Below, piece after piece: positions 26,013 to 28,363 of a stretch of 28,363 nt of DNA. Source of the DNA: a virus. Taxonomy: Duplodnaviria > Caudoviricetes. The position numbers were made by a program, and so were the translations under genes. The stretch spans positions 1 through 28,363 of the IMG/VR virus record IMGVR_UViG_3300037524_000296; one strand, written 5' to 3'. Position 1 is the stretch's first letter. The number at the start of each line of letters is the position of its first letter. The notes under the pieces were generated by a model. It was given only the letters and a program-made list of their open reading frames with translations, ran no database searches and had not been told where the DNA came from.

Positions 26013-26393
26013 TCATTTATATTTTAAATGTTTACCATGTTTATAATTTGGATTGTTTACGCCTTTATTATTTTGTAATCCTAATTTAAATGAATGTTTA
26101 GTATTATAACTTCTATCACACCATTCTAAATTATAAACAACATTATTATTTCTTACAGCATCAATATGATTAATCATTGGTAAATTTAATGGATTTGGTA
26201 TGAATGCCATTGCAATTAATCTATGTACAAGATACATTTTATGTCTGCCATCAACAAATATACTTACTTGTTGATAACCATCATATCGTTGTCGTGGTTT
26301 AAGAATTACTTTTCTTTCACCCATTGCTTTTATTCTACCAAGATTTGATACTTGGTAATTACCAATTAAACTGTCTTTCCAAATTTCTTCCAT
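26013..26393 (-). CDS. NUMOD4 + HNH endonuclease
   Basis: EEIWKD...YQVSN.GR (NUMOD4) and VHRLIA.AFIPNP.N...INHID..R.NN...NLEW....N..H (HNH). Confidence 0.92.
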   Translation of the reverse strand: MEEIWKDSLIGNYQVSNLGRIKAMGERKVILKPRQRYDGYQQVSIFVDGRHKMYLVHRLIAMAFIPNPLNLPMINHIDAVRNNNVVYNLEWCDRSYNTKHSFKLGLQNNKGVNNPNYKHGKHLKYK

Positions 26394-26401
26394 ATTTTTT
26401 C

Positions 26402-27844
26402 TTACAAAATTGCATAATTAAATCCAATTTTCCCAAGCAATTTATCAACACCATAGACAAACGCATCTACCATGTCATCATGTGCGAATGGAAAACTCGC
26501 AATCTGTGATAGAAACATTTCATTCCACATATCTTCAACTATCGTAATTCTACCACCTTCAAGTATTGGTGCTATTGCATTTGCCCTTGCAATCTTATCT
26601 TTATCTGCTGTTAGTGTTGATACATTAAAACCATCATTGCGTAACTGCTGGATGATTGATAAACCACTGGCTTTACTTTCAACATATATTAATCTCAGAT
26701 TATATTGTTTCTGTAACTCTTTTAATTTAGAAATTAGTTGTGGAAACTCCAACCAAACATTCAGTACTTTTATTATATACATCTGGTTATTAAATTTACA
26801 TGCAATTATAATAGCAGTTGCATCATTGGTTTGTTTGCCACCATAAGCAGTATCAACAAAAGCATACCATTCAATGCTTTGTTTGTCTGTTAACTTATTA
26901 AATTCTTCAAGTTTAATTATTTTGAAATGTATCCTCTTTAAAATTCCACCCTCGTCTGGTAATGGGCGTTGCATTAACTGTCCAGCGAAAGCACGACTAC
27001 CAAGAGTACTTTGAAAGTCAGCAATAACTTTCTCTGAAAATCTATCTTCCCATAATAAACCTTTATGATAGAATTCAACTGCTTCTGGTGGTGAAATGTT
27101 CTTTGCAAATTTAACTGGTAAACATACATGGAAATACTTCTGTGGGTTTGTGTCTAACAAGTATTGGCATATATCTGTCTGTGATATTCGCTGCTGTAAG
27201 ATAATGCGTAAATCAATATCTGGATTATTTAACCTTGAATATAGTGTATCTGTATAAGTTTCATTTATACCTTGCGTAACTGCTTGTGAATCCTGTGGAT
27301 TATTTATGTCGTCTATAATCTGAATGTTCGCACCTTCACCTATGATACCTGAACCTACTCCAAAACTGATTCTTTTGCCACCTGCTTGATTCATAAAGTT
27401 TGACTTGGCGTGTGTATCAGTTCTCAATAAAAGTGCTGGAAATCGCTGCTTAAACCACTCAGATTCGATTAACATTTTTGAAGCATGTGAATGTTTTATT
27501 GCCAATGTTTCTGAATGTGATACTTGCATTATAGCCAATGCTGGTTCTTTTATCCAACACCATACTGGAAATATCTGTGAAAGCAATATGCTTTTGCCAG
27601 TTCTGAATGGTAAATTATAAATGTAATCATAAGTCTTTGGTTCTTTGCGTATTATGCGTTCTACTTCTGCTTGTAATGTGTCACAGATATATTTATAGAA
27701 TGGTGGATATTTCCATTCAACTTGTGGATATAGCACTTTACTTGCAGCAACAAAAAACTCATACAGACTTCTTTGATATATTTCTTTTTCTATTTCCAGT
27801 CTTAACTGTGCCTTTTCTGCTTCTGTTAACTTTGGCAACTGCAT
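26402..27844 (-). CDS. terL: Terminase large subunit
   Basis: Walker A NLPFRTGKS, Walker B IQIIDD, coupling ILQQR, nuclease acidic motifs FVDTA..D.TA and HDDMVDA. Confidence 0.93.
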   Translation of the reverse strand: MQLPKLTEAEKAQLRLEIEKEIYQRSLYEFFVAASKVLYPQVEWKYPPFYKYICDTLQAEVERIIRKEPKTYDYIYNLPFRTGKSILLSQIFPVWCWIKEPALAIMQVSHSETLAIKHSHASKMLIESEWFKQRFPALLLRTDTHAKSNFMNQAGGKRISFGVGSGIIGEGANIQIIDDINNPQDSQAVTQGINETYTDTLYSRLNNPDIDLRIILQQRISQTDICQYLLDTNPQKYFHVCLPVKFAKNISPPEAVEFYHKGLLWEDRFSEKVIADFQSTLGSRAFAGQLMQRPLPDEGGILKRIHFKIIKLEEFNKLTDKQSIEWYAFVDTAYGGKQTNDATAIIIACKFNNQMYIIKVLNVWLEFPQLISKLKELQKQYNLRLIYVESKASGLSIIQQLRNDGFNVSTLTADKDKIARANAIAPILEGGRITIVEDMWNEMFLSQIASFPFAHDDMVDAFVYGVDKLLGKIGFNYAIL

Positions 27845-28160
27845 TTAGTTCTTCAATCTTTGCTTTTATTTCGTCTTGATAGTAACTTGGTAACATATTC
27901 TGTAACTGTGTTACTGTCAATCCTTCTAATGTTTCTGAGAAATTTTTGACTAAAGTTTTATTCGTCTTTAACTCTTTCTCATAGATATTCAAGCACTTAT
28001 ATTCAAATTTGCTTGAGAAAAATTCAATAAAATTTATTACTTCACCTTCATTATTTAGTAATATTCTGGCTAAACTTCTTTCTGGTGTAGTACCATCCTT
28101 TTGCACTTTGCGTACAATATAGAAACCATGTTCCAGTTTCTTATCAATTACTATATTCAT
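27759..28160 (-). CDS. Hypothetical protein overlapping the terL 5' end
   Basis: 133-aa ORF; ATGA-coupled to the upstream ORF; basic C-terminal tail overlaps terL by 86 nt. Confidence 0.55.
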   Translation of the reverse strand: MNIVIDKKLEHGFYIVRKVQKDGTTPERSLARILLNNEGEVINFIEFFSSKFEYKCLNIYEKELKTNKTLVKNFSETLEGLTVTQLQNMLPSYYQDEIKAKIEELNAVAKVNRSRKGTVKTGNRKRNISKKSV

Positions 28161-28357
28161 AGTTCTTTTATTTTACTCATATATGGTTTAATATATATCT
28201 TTGGCTTATTACTATGCCAGTTTCGTTCTGATTCTTTAATATACTTTCTTCTTAATTCAGATTTATGGTTGGTACTATATGCTACTGTCAATTGTTTATC
28301 ATGTTCACGCCTATAAAACTTCTGTTCCACATAATCTATCTTCTTATGATAATACAT
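28157..28357 (-). CDS. Small basic hypothetical protein
   Basis: 66-aa K/R/Y-rich ORF whose stop overlaps the next start. Confidence 0.45.
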   Translation of the reverse strand: MYYHKKIDYVEQKFYRREHDKQLTVAYSTNHKSELRRKYIKESERNWHSNKPKIYIKPYMSKIKEL

Positions 28358-28363
28358 TTGAAT

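Noticed and set aside
1-28363. Stop-codon reassignment as in some crAss-like phages
   Set aside because: The standard code gives full-length, densely packed genes, and TGA and TAG both appear as apparent stops.
1-28363. tRNA, rRNA, integrase or self-splicing intron
   Set aside because: No cloverleaf or recombinase motifs seen; intergenic gaps are short; terL and capsid ORFs are uninterrupted.

Overview
A 28.4-kb AT-rich fragment of a tailed dsDNA phage, probably siphovirus-like. A Bacteroidota host is inferred from SprB-like and Bacteroidota-type Fn3 repeats and from A/T-rich translation starts without Shine-Dalgarno sequences. Almost all genes are on the minus strand. In transcription order they are: terminase large subunit, NUMOD4-HNH endonuclease, tail assembly chaperone with a predicted -1 frameshift, tail completion/terminator genes, two tail-tip proteins, tape measure, prohead protease-scaffold, major capsid, three tail-tube-fold paralogs (one with ~1000 aa of Fn3/Ig-like domains), a long fibre, a tandem LamG protein, two membrane proteins, portal and head-tail adaptor. 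The left end is a small regulatory/replication block: a wHTH initiator-like gene with internal palindromic repeats, RHH, PD-(D/E)XK nuclease, KilAC antirepressor and a partial ParB-like gene. The most unusual signals are (1) no CCG/CGG trinucleotide found anywhere, nor GATC, ACGT or CGCG; (2) a [S/T]-G-x-T motif saturating virion-surface proteins but absent from internal ones, a candidate modification sequon; (3) triplicated tail-tube folds; (4) a frameshift ORF missed by the ORF track; (5) a repeated late-promoter-like motif. All counts were made by eye, and all family calls come from motif recognition, not database searches.
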